A stretch of 64,000 bases of DNA from NCBI RefSeq assembly GCF_032191835.1, contig NC_083242.1, positions 1,302,001-1,366,000 on the forward strand, read 5' to 3'. Source of the DNA: Heteronotia binoei (Eukaryota). A program made the position numbers and the translations under genes. The notes below the pieces were generated by a model. It saw nothing but the letters and a program-made list of their open reading frames with translations. It had not been told where the DNA came from and did no database searches. Below, one piece after another: positions 53,901 through 63,990 of this stretch (positions are counted from its first letter, which is position 1; each line of letters begins with the position of its first letter).

Positions 53901-56900
53901 AGTTCCTCTGGAGGGCCAACAACAGGGCAGAGAGGCTGAGGCCTTCCCCTGAAAATAACATCAGAAAAGCCCTGCTGGGTCAGACCAGGGAGGGTCCATC
54001 TAGTCCAGCCTCCTGCCTCACACAGCGACCTGCCAATTTCTCTGGAGGGCCAACAACAGGGCAGAGAGGCTGAGGCCTTCCCCTGAGAAGAGCATCAGAA
54101 GAGCCCTGCTGGATCAGACCAGGGAGGGTCCATCTAATCCAGCCTCCTCTCTCACACAGTGGCCAGCCAGTTCCTCTGGAGGGCCTACAACAGGGCAGAG
54201 AGGCTGAGGCCTTCCCCTGAAAATAACATCAGAAAAGCCCTGCTGGGTCAGAGCAGGGAGGGTCCATCTAGTCCAGCCTCCTGTCTCACACAGGGGCCAG
54301 CCAGTTCCTCTGGAGGGCCAACAACAGGGCAGAGAGGCCGAGGCCTTCCCCTGAGAAGAGCATCAGAAGAGCCCTGCTGGGTCAGACCAGGGAGGGTCCA
54401 TCTAGTCCAGCCTCCTGTCTCACACAGCGACCTGCCAATTTCTCTGGAGGGCCAACTGCAGGGCACAGAGGCAGAGGGCTCCCCTTCAGTTGCCTCCTGG
54501 CTCTGGGATTCCGAGGATTACTGCCTCTAAATGTGGAGGTGCCGCTCAATCACCATGCCTAATAGCCGTTGACAGATTTAGCCTTAATTCTATCTAATCC
54601 TCTTAGAAAGCTGTTTATTCCTGCGGCCATCACCAGATCCTCTGGCAGTGAATTCCACCCTTGAGTCACTCTCTGTGTCAAGTATCCTGGTGTCAGAGAA
54701 GGCCCTTCGCATCCTGACTCCCTTCTCAATGACGCCCCTCCCATCTTCTGATTGTCATAGGAGGACTCAGAGATCTCCATTCCTGCTCGTATCTGAGGAA
54801 GGGAGCATGGAAAGCTCATGCCCTGAAAATGTTGTTCTGGTGCTGGACTCGAACCCAGCTCCTCCTGGCTACTGCAATTAAACACCAGACAGGGCAGGAG
54901 AGTCACCTCCCAATCCTTAGGGACTAATGAGCTTCATAAAAGGTGTTCACTTAACAGCAGAATGGCATTGTTAAGGGAAGGGGGCTTGACTCACAGGTAG
55001 GGCACCTGTGGGACATGAAGATCCCAGGTTCATTGGGAGGTCCTGGGTTCAAATCCCAGAGGCGCCAATGGAAAGGATTTCAGGGCAGCAGACACAGGGA
55101 ATGGACTTTCCTCCGCTCAGGGCCCTGATGAAGAGATGGTGGGCCTGACATTGTATAGAGCAGGGGTGGGGGACCTTTTTTCTGCCATGGGTCATATGGA
55201 TATTTATAACATCATTCGTGGGCCATAAAAAATTACCAACTTAAAAAACAGTGCTCCGCAGAGGGAGAATGATTCAGGCCGGCAAAATTAATGCAAAAAA
55301 TTGTTTTTCTATTTGATGTCATGTAGGGAGAGCCTAATCTGGTGCACACACACACACACACGGCCCGCCGCCCTAGGCAAATGCCTTGTAGAAAAAGCCC
55401 AGCAGGAACTCATTAGCGTAGACCACATCCCCTAATATTAGCATATTAGGTCATATGCTCATTAGCGTATTAGGCCACACCCTTTGGGATAATCAAGTGC
55501 AAACTGAACTGTGGCAGTAACTTTTCCAGGCCCTGCAGCAATTCTGGCCGGCCAGCCAGGCCCCAGGGAAGCTGCTGCACAGTACGTCTGGGCCCTGCGA
55601 TCCCTGCCTGGCCCTGGGGAGGCTGCTGCACAGCACAGCTGGGCCCCACGATCCTCGCTGGCCAGCCAGACCCCAGGGAGACACACCAAGTGACCTCAAG
55701 GGCTGTATACGGCCCTCGGGATGGAGGTTCCCCACCCCTGGTAAAGAGCTTTGTGTACTCATATTCACTTATTGTTGCTGTTCTCTGTGACTGGCATGAA
55801 GCATTGGAAGCCGGGGATTGGTTAGGCTGGGCTGGTGGCCCCCCCCCCCCCTCCCCGAGTGATCCTGAGTGGGCATATCTTTAAAGATGGAAGATGCATC
55901 TCTCTGGATCAGAGTGGTTCATTCAAGCCTGCAGGTATTGGGAGGTTGCTGGGAATTAGCTACCCCTGCCCCCCACCTCCAGCATGGAACTGGCTTCCCC
56001 AGCTGTGGGACTCCAGGCCCAAGGGCATGTCAAGATTGCTTTTGTGTCGATTATTTTGTGTAAAATTTCCCCTTTTGTCAATCTGGCTGGTAGAACTGCT
56101 TTATTTGATCAAAGCATTCTATTTCTTCTCAGCATCTCGGGATTGGAGGGGGGGGGCTTTAATCTTTCCCTCCCCTACTGCTTTCTCAGTGGAGAGAAGT
56201 TCACCCCCAACTTGGGAAAAGCAGTCTGGGGAGAGGACGGAAGTGAGGGGAGAGGTTTCCCCGTGAGAAAAACAGCGGAGAAGGAAAAGGTTGATTTCTC
56301 TCTTCCCCACGCCGCCACCTTCTTTGAGGAAAGAAGCGCTTCCAGCTAAATTGGTGCAGGAGAAATATATACAGTTTAAAAGAAACGCAGTCGAAATCAT
56401 AATGAGTAGCTGAGCTTGTAGCGTCTGGGCCCTGGTGACCCGCGGAGGCAAGCCCTGCCCACAACGACTGATGTTTCCCCCTCTTCCCCCTCCCCCACCC
56501 CGCCGCCTCCTTTACTTTCCCCTCTCAGGTGGATTTAATGAAGTGACCAAAAAGAAGGTCTTGGATATGCTGGGATTCCAGAGCATGCAGCTGGAGAAAA
56601 GCACGTGGTACGTGTGCGTGAATGCGCGCTCCTCCTGGCTTCTTGGAGCAGGGCTGGGGATGATGAGATCGGCCGCACCTCAGGGGAATAGAGAATCTCT
56701 TTTGCGCTCAGAAAGTCCCACGTTCCGCCCCAGCATCTCTAGTTAAGAGGACCAGGTAGCAGGCTCTTTAGCTATCAGTGCTCTCACCCGGATGGCCCAG
56801 GCTGGCCTGATCTCGTCAGATCTCAGAAGCTAAGCAGCGTCAGCCCTGGTTAGTCCTTGGAGGGGAGACAACTGAGAAGAAGACTGCAGATTTATACTCT

Positions 56901-59900
56901 GCCCTTCTCTCTGAATCAGAGACTCAGAGTGTCTTACAATCTCCTATATCTTCTCCTTCCACAACAGACACCCTGAGAGGTGGGTGGGGCTGAGAGGGCT
57001 CTCACAGCAGCTGCCCTTTCAAGGACAACTCCTACGAGAGCTATGGCTGACCCAAGGCCATTCCAGCAGGTGCAAGTGGAGGAGTGGGGAAGAAGAAGAC
57101 TGCAGATTTATACCCCGCCCTTCTCTCTGAATCAGAGACTCAGAGTGTCTTACAATCTCCTATATCTTCTCCCCCCACAACAGATACTCTGTGAGGTGGG
57201 TGGGGCTGAGAGGGCTCTCACAGCAGCTGCCCTTTCAAGGACAACTCTTTCAAGAGCTCTGGCTGACCCAAGGCCATTCCAGCAGCTGCAAGTGGAGGAG
57301 TGGGGAATCATACCCAGTTCTCCCAGATAAGAGAGCTCTGGCTGACCCAAGGCCATTCCAGCAGCTGCAAGTGGAGGAGTGGGGAATCAAACCTGGTTCT
57401 CCCAGATAAGAGAGCTCTGGCTGACCCAAGGCCATTCCAGCAGCTGCAAGGGGAGGAGGGGGGAATCCAACCCGGTTCTCCCAGATAAGAGAGCTCTGGC
57501 TGACCCAAGGCCATTCCAGCAGCTACAAGTGGAGGAGTGGGGAATCCAACCCGGTTCTCCCAGATAAGAGAGCTCTGGCTGACCCAAGGCCATTCCAGCA
57601 GCTACAAGTGGAGGAGTGGGGAATCCAACCCGGTTCTCCCAGATAAGAGAGCTCTGGCTGACCCAAGGCCATTCCAGCAGGTGCAAGTGGAGGAGGGGGG
57701 AATCAAACCTGGTTCTCCCAGATAACAGAGCTCTGGCTGACCCAAGACCATTCCAGCAGGTGCAAGTGGAGGAGTGGGGAATCAAACCTGGTTCTCCCAG
57801 ATTAGAGAGCTCTGGCTGACCCAAGGCCATTCCAGCAGGTGCAAGGGGAGGAGTGGGGAATCAAACCCGGTTCTCCCAGATAAGAGAGCTCTGGCTGACC
57901 CAAGGCTATTCCAGCAGGTGCATGTGGAGGAGTGGGGAATCAAACCTGGTTCTCCAAGAGAAGAATCTGCACACTTCACCACTGCACCAAACTGGCTCTC
58001 TTAGGCCTGCCGCCTTGGGGTAGAATTCCCTCTCCACTGGAAGCTTTGGTGTGCTACTTGTAAAAGGAGTCCAGACATTTGGTTTTACCGAAGGTGCCTG
58101 TGTTGTGTTTTCTGTATTCCAATTTCAACAAGGAGTCAACCAAAAGACCCAAGGGACTGCTCCGGAGAGGCTGTGGTGGTTTGGGATGGTGGGGGAGGGA
58201 AGGGGATGTCTTGCAGCCCTTTTCTCTCTGCCCCTTTGCCAACTGCTATGCCAGCTTAAATCTCACCCCCCTGCCCCAAACGCCTTGTGTCTTCCAGTGT
58301 CGGCAACGGGGCCTTTCCAGGCTCAGACATTTATCGGATGGTCGAGCAGGTCAACAACCAGCTGAAAGACTCAGTCGTGAAAGTCTTGGAAGAGGAGAGG
58401 TAACCGTTGTGTGGGGAGGGGGCAAAGGGGGGGGGCTGATGGAGGGATGGATTGAATTTATAAAAATGTCCTCCCTTGGAGGGCTCAACGTGGTGCACAA
58501 CATATAACAGGGTATCAATAAATAAAGCAGTTCGAACAAATTCCATCCGACGAAATGGTACACAGCAAGAATATCTTTGTCCTAGAAGGCCAGGGGCAGC
58601 TGCTGGGTTAAATGTGCCTCTCTGGAGGCCACAGTCTGGCTTGGCCCATCGTGACCCCACTTCCTTCCAGTTCTCCGCCTTTTCCGGTGGCCAGAAGGAG
58701 AGGAAAGAAGGGAAGACGACCCACCGCGGCTTCAGTGGCTCAGAGGCAGTGTGGAGGGAGCACTGTCAAGGGGAGGGGGTCAGCACAGCACTCGCCTCTC
58801 CCTGGCCACCCCCAAAGTCAATCTGTGCCCTGCCCACAACCCTTCTGTCTACCACTCCCTCAGCAACTCGGCCTGGCTGAGAATGGTCATTCTGAGATCT
58901 CAAAAAAACCAACCCGTTAAAAACTTTACAGTTTCCTGGGGACTGTAAGGAGTGACAGTGAGATCCGTTTAAGCTGGAAATTTAGATTAACAAAGGGTGA
59001 TTGACACGTGGAACTAACTGCCACAGGACATGGTGGCAGCTGCAAGCATAGACAGCTTCAAGAGGGGATTGGATATGGAGCAGAGGTCCATCAGTGGCTG
59101 TTAGCCACGGGGTATTGTTGGAACTCTCTGTCTGGGGCAGTGATGCTCTGTATTCTTGGTGCATTGGGGGGGGGGGGTGGACAGTGGGAGGGCTTCTAGC
59201 CCCACTAGTGGTCCTCCTGATGGCACCTGGTTTTTTGGCCACTGTGTGACACAGAGTGTTGGACTGGATGAACCATTGGCCTGATCCAACATGGCTTCTC
59301 TTATGTCTGGGGCAGGGATGCTCTGGCTTCTTGGTGCTCAGGGGACGCCACAGTGGGAGGACTTCTAGTGTCCTGGCCCCATTGATGTACCTCCTGATGG
59401 CACTTGGGGGTTTTGGCCACTGTGTGACACAGAGTGTTGGACTGGATGGGCCATTGGCCTGATCCAACAGGGCTTCTCTTACGTTCTTATGTCTGGGGCA
59501 GTGATGCTTGGTATTCTTGTGCTTGGGTGGGGGCACAGTGGGAGGGCTTGGGGTTTTTGGCCACTGTGTGACACAGAGAGTTGGACTCGATGGACCATTG
59601 GCCTGATCCAACAGGGCTTCTCTTATGTTCTTATATATGTTCTTATGATTTGGTGGTGAGTTGGAAGGGGCCATCTAGACCAACCAGGATCAGCCTAAAT
59701 CATCCCTGACAAATGTTTGTTCAGCTGCTTCTTAAAGACTGCCAGTGATTGGGGGGGGGAGCTCTCCACCTCCCTAGATAGCTGACCCCACTGGTGAACA
59801 ACTCGTACTTTAAAAAAGGTTTTCCTAATATCCAGCCAGTTATCTTCCCACCCTTAAACGCGTTATAGCAAGTCCTCCCTTCTGCTGCCAACAGGAACAG

Positions 59901-61435
59901 CTCCCTGCTGTCCTCTAAGGGACAGCCCTTCAGAGATTTCAAGAGAGCAGACGTGTCCCCCTCCGCCTCCTCTTCTCCAGACTGAACAGTCCCAAATGCC
60001 TCAGCCTTTCCTCCCAGGGCATGGTCTCCAGGACCCTAATCACCCTCGTTGCTCTTCTCTGCACCCGCTCCAGTTTGGTGTGGTGGTTAAATGTGCGGAC
60101 TCTTATCTGGGAGAACCGGGTTTGATTCCCCACTCCTCCATTTGCAGCTGCTGGAAAGGCCTTGGGTCAGCCAGAGCTCTCTTATCTGGGAGAACCGGGT
60201 TTGATTCCCCACTCCTCCGCTTGCAGCTGCTGAAATGGCCTTGGGTCAGCCAGAGCTCTCTTATCTGGGAGAACCGGGTTTGATTCCCCACTCCTCCACT
60301 TGCAGCTGCTGGAAAGGCCTTGGGTCAGCCAGAGCTCTCTTATCTGGGAGAACCGGGTTTGATTCCCCACTCCTCCCCTTACAGCTGCTGGAATGGCCTT
60401 GGGTCAGCCAGAGCTCTCTTATCTGGGAGAACCGGGTTTGATTCCCCACTCCTCCCCTTACAGCTGCTGGAATGGCCTTGGGTCAGCCAGAGCTCTCTTA
60501 TCTGGGAGAACTGGGTTTGATTCCCCACTCCTCCACTTGCAGCTGCTGGAAAGGCCTTGGGTCAGCCAGAGCTCTCTTATCTGGGAGAACCGGGTTTGAT
60601 TCCCCACTCCTCCACTTGCAGCTGCTGGAAAGGCCTTGGGTCAGCCAGAGCTCTCTTATCTGGGAGAACCGGGTTTGATTCCCCACTCCTCCACTTGCAG
60701 CTGCTGGAAAGGCCTTGGGTCAGCCAGAGCTCTCTTATCTGGGAGAACCGGGTTTGATTCCCCACTCCTCCCCTTACAGCTGCTGGAATGGCCTTGGGTC
60801 AGCCATAGCTCTGGCAGAGGTTGTCCTTGAAAGGGCAGCTTCTGGGAGAGCTCTCTCAGCCCCACCCATCTCACAGGATGTCTGTTTGGTGTTGTGGTTA
60901 AGTGTGTGGACCCTTATCTGGGAGAACCGGGTTTGATTCCCGACTCCTCCACTTGCACCTGCTGGGATGGCCTTGGGTCAGCCATAGCTCTGGCAGAGGT
61001 TGTCCTTGAAAGGGCAGCTGCTGTGAGAGCCCTCTCAGCCCCACCCACCTCACAGGGTGTCTGTTGTGGGGGAGGAAGATAAAGGAGATTGTAAGCTGCT
61101 CTGGGCCTTTGACGACGAGTCGTCGTCGTCTTCTCCATTCTGTCCGCATCCTTTTTTGAGCCTCTCTGGTTCTGATCTCCAGCGGGAGAGGGTTGGTTGG
61201 CAGAGGGATTGAAGCCAAACTGGCTGGCTGGGGGGGTACCAGAAGCCACCCAGCAACGACTCAAGTTTGTTTCCTGGGCTTGCTCTGCCACTCCGTCTTT
61301 CTTGGCTGCCTGAAAGGGGGTGTTTGTCTCCTCTCCTCCTGCCAGCTCCATCAAAGGATGGTTCAGCCAGTACCACCGCAAGCACCAGTTTGGCAACCCC
61401 CGGAACATGGAGAGCTTCGGCAGCAAAGTCCTCAA
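38868..61435 (+). CDS. Hexosaminidase D-like GH20 beta-N-acetylhexosaminidase with N-terminal signal anchor; 3'-incomplete (503 codons seen)
   Basis: Exons 38868-38962, 40433-40670, 42880-42989, 43957-44044, 45938-46102, 47031-47214, 50047-50118, 50401-50605, 52330-52412, 56529-56607, 58298-58399, 61346-61435 join in frame; motifs [52 protein letters not shown] as in HEXD. Confidence 0.93.
39505..40092 (+). mobile_element. Composite SINE + CR1 fragment + truncated SINE bounded by one TSD
   Basis: TTATTAATGGAA at 39493-39504 and 40093-40104. Confidence 0.75.
40433..40670 (+). CDS. HEXD-like coding exon 2 (stem + start of GH20 domain)
   Basis: ...[25 protein letters not shown]|gtgagc. Confidence 0.92.
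40809..41027. other. Assembly gap (N)
   Basis: Run of N. Confidence 1.
41028..42270 (+). repeat. CTT/CCT-derived satellite, ~54-bp unit
   Basis: Almost adenine-free on + strand; unit cctcctcttgttcctgttctttttcctcctccttctcttgttcttcttcttctt. Confidence 0.95.
42650..42842. mobile_element. hAT-like MITE (TIR ~CAGTGTTCCCTCTAAGCTG); related copies at 51880-52046 and 1-16
   Basis: Shared internal gtgagcaaaaat..actttgtgagctgctggc and cagcttagaggga end. Confidence 0.6.
42880..42989 (+). CDS. HEXD-like coding exon 3
   Basis: [36 protein letters not shown]. Confidence 0.95.
43465..43722 (+). mobile_element. Internally deleted Sauria-type SINE nested in a 5S-derived element
   Basis: Host ggtggtctcccaccc|...|cacccagggactaaccaaggg..gagcttctgagatc. 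Confidence 0.65.
43957..44044 (+). CDS. HEXD-like coding exon 4
   Basis: [29 protein letters not shown]. Confidence 0.95.
44203..44361. mobile_element. Palindromic MITE
   Basis: tgtagcaggaactcctttgc..ggccacaccc / gggtgtgtggcc..gcaaaggagttcccgctaca. Confidence 0.7.
44370..45190 (-). mobile_element. L1-like LINE 3' fragment, degraded
   Basis: - strand reads [39 protein letters not shown]; AT-rich 3' UTR. Confidence 0.65.
45938..46102 (+). CDS. HEXD-like coding exon 5 (catalytic HIGADE)
   Basis: [14 protein letters not shown]...[10 protein letters not shown]|gtaagg. Confidence 0.96.
46355..46885 (+). mobile_element. Two tandem Squam3-like SINEs
   Basis: Heads at ~46355 and ~46612. Confidence 0.75.
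47031..47214 (+). CDS. HEXD-like coding exon 6
   Basis: VFHLGEG...[17 protein letters not shown]. Confidence 0.95.
47275..48485 (+). repeat. 68-bp minisatellite (~18 copies)
   Basis: gaagccctctgc recurs at 47348, 47416, 47484, 47552... Confidence 0.93.
48510..49143 (+). mobile_element. Squam3-like SINE with reiterated 79-bp B-box segment and (CTT)n tail
   Basis: Five B-box-like motifs in the head region. Confidence 0.8.
49812..49953. mobile_element. 142-bp hairpin hAT MITE
   Basis: TIR CAGGGGTGGCCAACGGTAGCTCTCCAGATGTT; perfect 8-bp TSD TTCTAGTC. Confidence 0.92.
50047..50118 (+). CDS. HEXD-like coding exon 7
   Basis: [23 protein letters not shown]; phase 1-1. Confidence 0.9.
   Translation, partial: TLASPSTLLPCCGFTPRTLIHSK
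50182..50279 (+). repeat. 32-bp unit x3
   Basis: ggctgcaggggtgggcctgttcccaaggtgga. Confidence 0.85.
50401..50605 (+). CDS. HEXD-like coding exon 8 (GC donor)
   Basis: [22 protein letters not shown]...[10 protein letters not shown]|gcaagg. Confidence 0.93.
50745..51530 (-). mobile_element. Squam3-like SINE with six tandem ~103-bp 3'-tail units
   Basis: ggatttatatcc-like motif recurs about every 103 bp. Confidence 0.8.
52330..52412 (+). CDS. HEXD-like coding exon 9
   Basis: [27 protein letters not shown]. Confidence 0.95.
52490..54720 (-). repeat. Tandem array of the same 134-bp CR1-tail unit (~14-15 copies, inverted relative to 36775-38775), followed by a CR1 body fragment (54545-54720)
   Basis: Unit is the reverse complement of the upstream array unit. 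Confidence 0.92.
56529..56607 (+). CDS. HEXD-like coding exon 10
   Basis: [26 protein letters not shown]. Confidence 0.9.
56780..56870 (+). mobile_element. 5S rRNA-derived SINE head
   Basis: ggcctgatctcgtcagatctcagaagctaagcagcgtcagccctggttagtccttggaggggagac. Confidence 0.65.
56872..57999 (-). mobile_element. Squam3-like SINEs, one with nine tandem 79-bp B-box units
   Basis: ggggaatc recurs at 57302,57381,...,57934. Confidence 0.85.
58298..58399 (+). CDS. HEXD-like coding exon 11
   Basis: [33 protein letters not shown]; 102 nt, phase 2-2. Confidence 0.9.
58970..59645 (+). mobile_element. CR1 3' end with reiterated terminal units
   Basis: [17 protein letters not shown] segment followed by repeated tail units. 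Confidence 0.7.
59650..60069 (-). mobile_element. Degraded CR1 fragment
   Basis: [36 protein letters not shown]. Confidence 0.75.
60070..61105 (+). mobile_element. Squam3-like SINE with nine tandem 79-bp B-box units, plus a second copy
   Basis: gggtttgattcccc at 60118,60197,...,60750. Confidence 0.88.
61346..61435 (+). CDS. HEXD-like coding exon 12 (gene continues beyond window)
   Basis: [31 protein letters not shown]|gtgagt; aligns with recalled HEXD GWFSPYHR. Confidence 0.9.
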
Positions 61436-61517
61436 GTGAGTGAAAAGCGGAAGAGGTAGGGGAGGGAATCAGAGGGTCTCTTTCACTCCACGCTGCCAAT
61501 GAATGAGCTTGAACCTA

Positions 61518-61725
61518 TGAAGCTGCCTTCTACTGAATCAGACCCCCCTTGGTCCACCAAAGTCAGTATTGTCTGCTCAGACTGGCAGTGGCTCTCCAGG
61601 GTCTCATAAGCTTCTTCATGCCTATTTGCCTGGACCCTTTTGAGTTGGAGATGCCGGGGATTGAACCTGGGACTTTCTGCTTACCAAGCAGATGCTCTAC
61701 CACTGAGCCACCGTCCCTCCCCCTC
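61518..61725 (-). mobile_element. tRNA(Ala)-like SINE with CR1-like 3' part
   Basis: ggctcagtggtagagcatctgcttggtaagcagaaagtcccaggttcaatccccggcatctcca on - strand. Confidence 0.7.
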
Positions 61726-62159
61726 CGTCTTTCGTATGGTGTAATCTGGAGTGGGGAATGGGGAGGGGGGGACTCTCACACTGTCAGGTGGAAAGGAAGT
61801 GTGCTGACCTAGAAGAGGACATTTCCCCCCAAATCCCATCATTCCTGCATGCCATCTCAAGAGCTTCAGAAGGTAGTTCCCTGTGAAGAAAATGATGGTG
61901 GCAACACCTGGCCACTCACGACTGACTTACAGCAACCCCCCTGAAGAGTTTTGATGCAGGAGAGGAGCAGAGGTGGCTGGCCCTTGCCTACCTCTCTGTA
62001 GCAACCCTGGACTTCCTTGGTGGTCTCCTAATGAGGGCCAACTCTGCTTAGATGCCAAGAACTGGTGTCATCGGGCCAGCCTGGGCCACCCAGGGCGGGG
62101 CAATGAATAATATAGACTGATTTATATCAGACAAGGAAAGTGAAAGCCTCCTTCTTCCC

Positions 62160-62698
62160 AAGCTGTATCACTAACTACCGTTACTCAGAAATATTACTAA
62201 ATATCCAATTATATCATAGACTTAATCGATTAACTAATACTTCTTTATGAACATACATGAAATGGTGTGCAATTCTGGTCACCTCAAAAAGGATATTATA
62301 GCATTGGGGAAAGTGCAAAAAAGGGCAACTAGAATGATTACAGGTTTGGAACACTTTCCCTATGAAGAAAGGTTAAAATGCTTGGGGCTCTTTAGCTTGG
62401 AGAAACGTCGACTGCGGGGTGACATGATAGAGGTTTACAAGATTATGCATGGGATGGAGAAAGTAGAGAAAGAAGTACTTTTCTCCCTTTCTCACAATAC
62501 AAGAACTCGTGGGCATTCAATGAAATTGCTGAGCAGTCGGGTTAGAAGGGATAAAAGGAGGTACTTCTTCACCCAAAAGGTGATTAACATGTGGAATTCA
62601 CTGCCACAGGAGGTGGTGGTGGCTACAGGCATGGCCAGCTTCAAGAGGAGGTTAGATAAAAATATGGAGCAGAGGTCCATCAGTGGCTATTAGCCTCA

Positions 62699-62736
<38 letters not shown>

Positions 62737-63190
62737 TTTTGGCCACCGTGTGACAGAGTGTTGGACTGGATGGGCCATTGGCCTGATCCAACATGGCTTC
62801 TGTTATGTTCTTATGTGACACAGAGTGTTGGACTGGATGGGCCACTGGCCTGATCCAACAGGGCTTCTCTTATGTGACACAGAGTGTTGGACTGGATGGG
62901 CCATTGGCCTGATCCAACATGGCTTCTCTTATGTTCTTAAATGGCTATACAAACATTCAGAAATTCATCTGGACCACATTAAGTACAATAAATTCATTTC
63001 AAAGTCCACTGACCACAGGAGTGACCAGTTGTACACAAAATATACACAAGGTGTACTTAATGTGGTCCAGATGAATTTCTGTATTTTTATATAGTCATTT
63101 CATGTATGTTCATGAAGAAGTATTGATTAATTCTGTGATAAATGGGTATTTAGTAATACTTTTGAGCAGCGGTAATTAGTGATACAGCTT
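62160..63190. mobile_element. AT-rich palindromic element interrupted by a CR1 fragment
   Basis: aagctgtatcacta...tagtgatacagctt termini; arms continue across the CR1. Confidence 0.75.
62266..62938 (+). mobile_element. CR1 LINE 3' fragment with 6-bp TSD
   Basis: HLKKDIIALGKVQKRATRM...WNSLPQEVV; TSD AAATGG 62260-62265/62939-62944. Confidence 0.9.
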
Positions 63191-63769
63191 CAACGTTACA
63201 AGCACGGTTTTCTTTTCGTCTTCAACCTTCCATGTTTTTTCCCTCTCTGCCACACTGGCAGAGGCGAGATGAGGCAGAGCTTTTTCAGTGTTGGCACCAC
63301 CCCTGTTGGAGCTCATTTGGGCCCCAAATTTTTAACCAAGGCAGGGAGGGAGTTCTGTTCTAGCCCATAGGAATTTATGATGATCTTTGGAATGGGAGAT
63401 ATCCCCCCACACACACACTTCCCATGACTCCTCACAGGTCTTCCTCGGCTTGCGAATCCCGTCTTTTAAAACCCGCAAAAATGGATAATGAAAGCAGAGA
63501 TGTTAATAGCTGCATTATGAGCAACCAGATAACAATCCCCCTGTGCCAAATAAAAAGGGCATTTACTGCCCTTCTAAAAATCTGACCAACTTTGCAGGCT
63601 GATGGACCTCCCCCAAGGGAAGGAGCTCCACAGACACCACAGGGGTTTTAGCACCTTGTAACATCCCCCCCCCATCCACCTGGTCAGGTGCAGTGTGGGG
63701 CCACAGTGGGTGACCTGAGGGGAGAGGGTGAAGGGAGTTGACCAAGAGAACTTTCCCTCAGTCTCCCAA

Positions 63770-63990
63770 AAGACGGCAACTTGTGGGCATCCAAAGAAGC
63801 TGAGGGGAAAAAGGAAATACTTCTTTACACAGAGAGCGATGAAAAGGTGGGATTTGATGCCAGACAAAAGAGTGACAGCCACTGGAATAAACGGCTTTCA
63901 AAAGGGATTTACTAGATTCATGGAGAAGTCTAACAGTGATTCAAGGGAACCTCCCCATTCAGAGGCACTAATCCTTTGAATCCCAGAGCC
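63770..63990 (+). mobile_element. Degraded CR1 fragment
   Basis: GHPKKL..KRKYFFTQR..ATGINGFQKG. Confidence 0.6.

Noticed and set aside
56780-56870. 5S rRNA gene
   Set aside because: Partial, diverged and dispersed in several copies; SINE head or pseudogene
36775-60810. Regular arrays (134, 79, 68 bp) as CRISPR-like loci
   Set aside because: Eukaryotic context, no unique spacers, and units derive from CR1/SINE or are minisatellites
61640-61725. tRNA-Ala-like sequence as a tRNA gene (also 19560-19640)
   Set aside because: Anticodon arm and acceptor stem are degenerate and it continues into a shared SINE body
63438-63585. Possible in-frame last exon of the HEXD-like gene (ctcacag|G TCT TCC..., AATAAA at ~63549)
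   Set aside because: Translation shows no similarity to the HEXD C-terminal helix (EEWLEEN-like) and the hexamer lies inside the putative CDS; the true last exon is probably beyond the window
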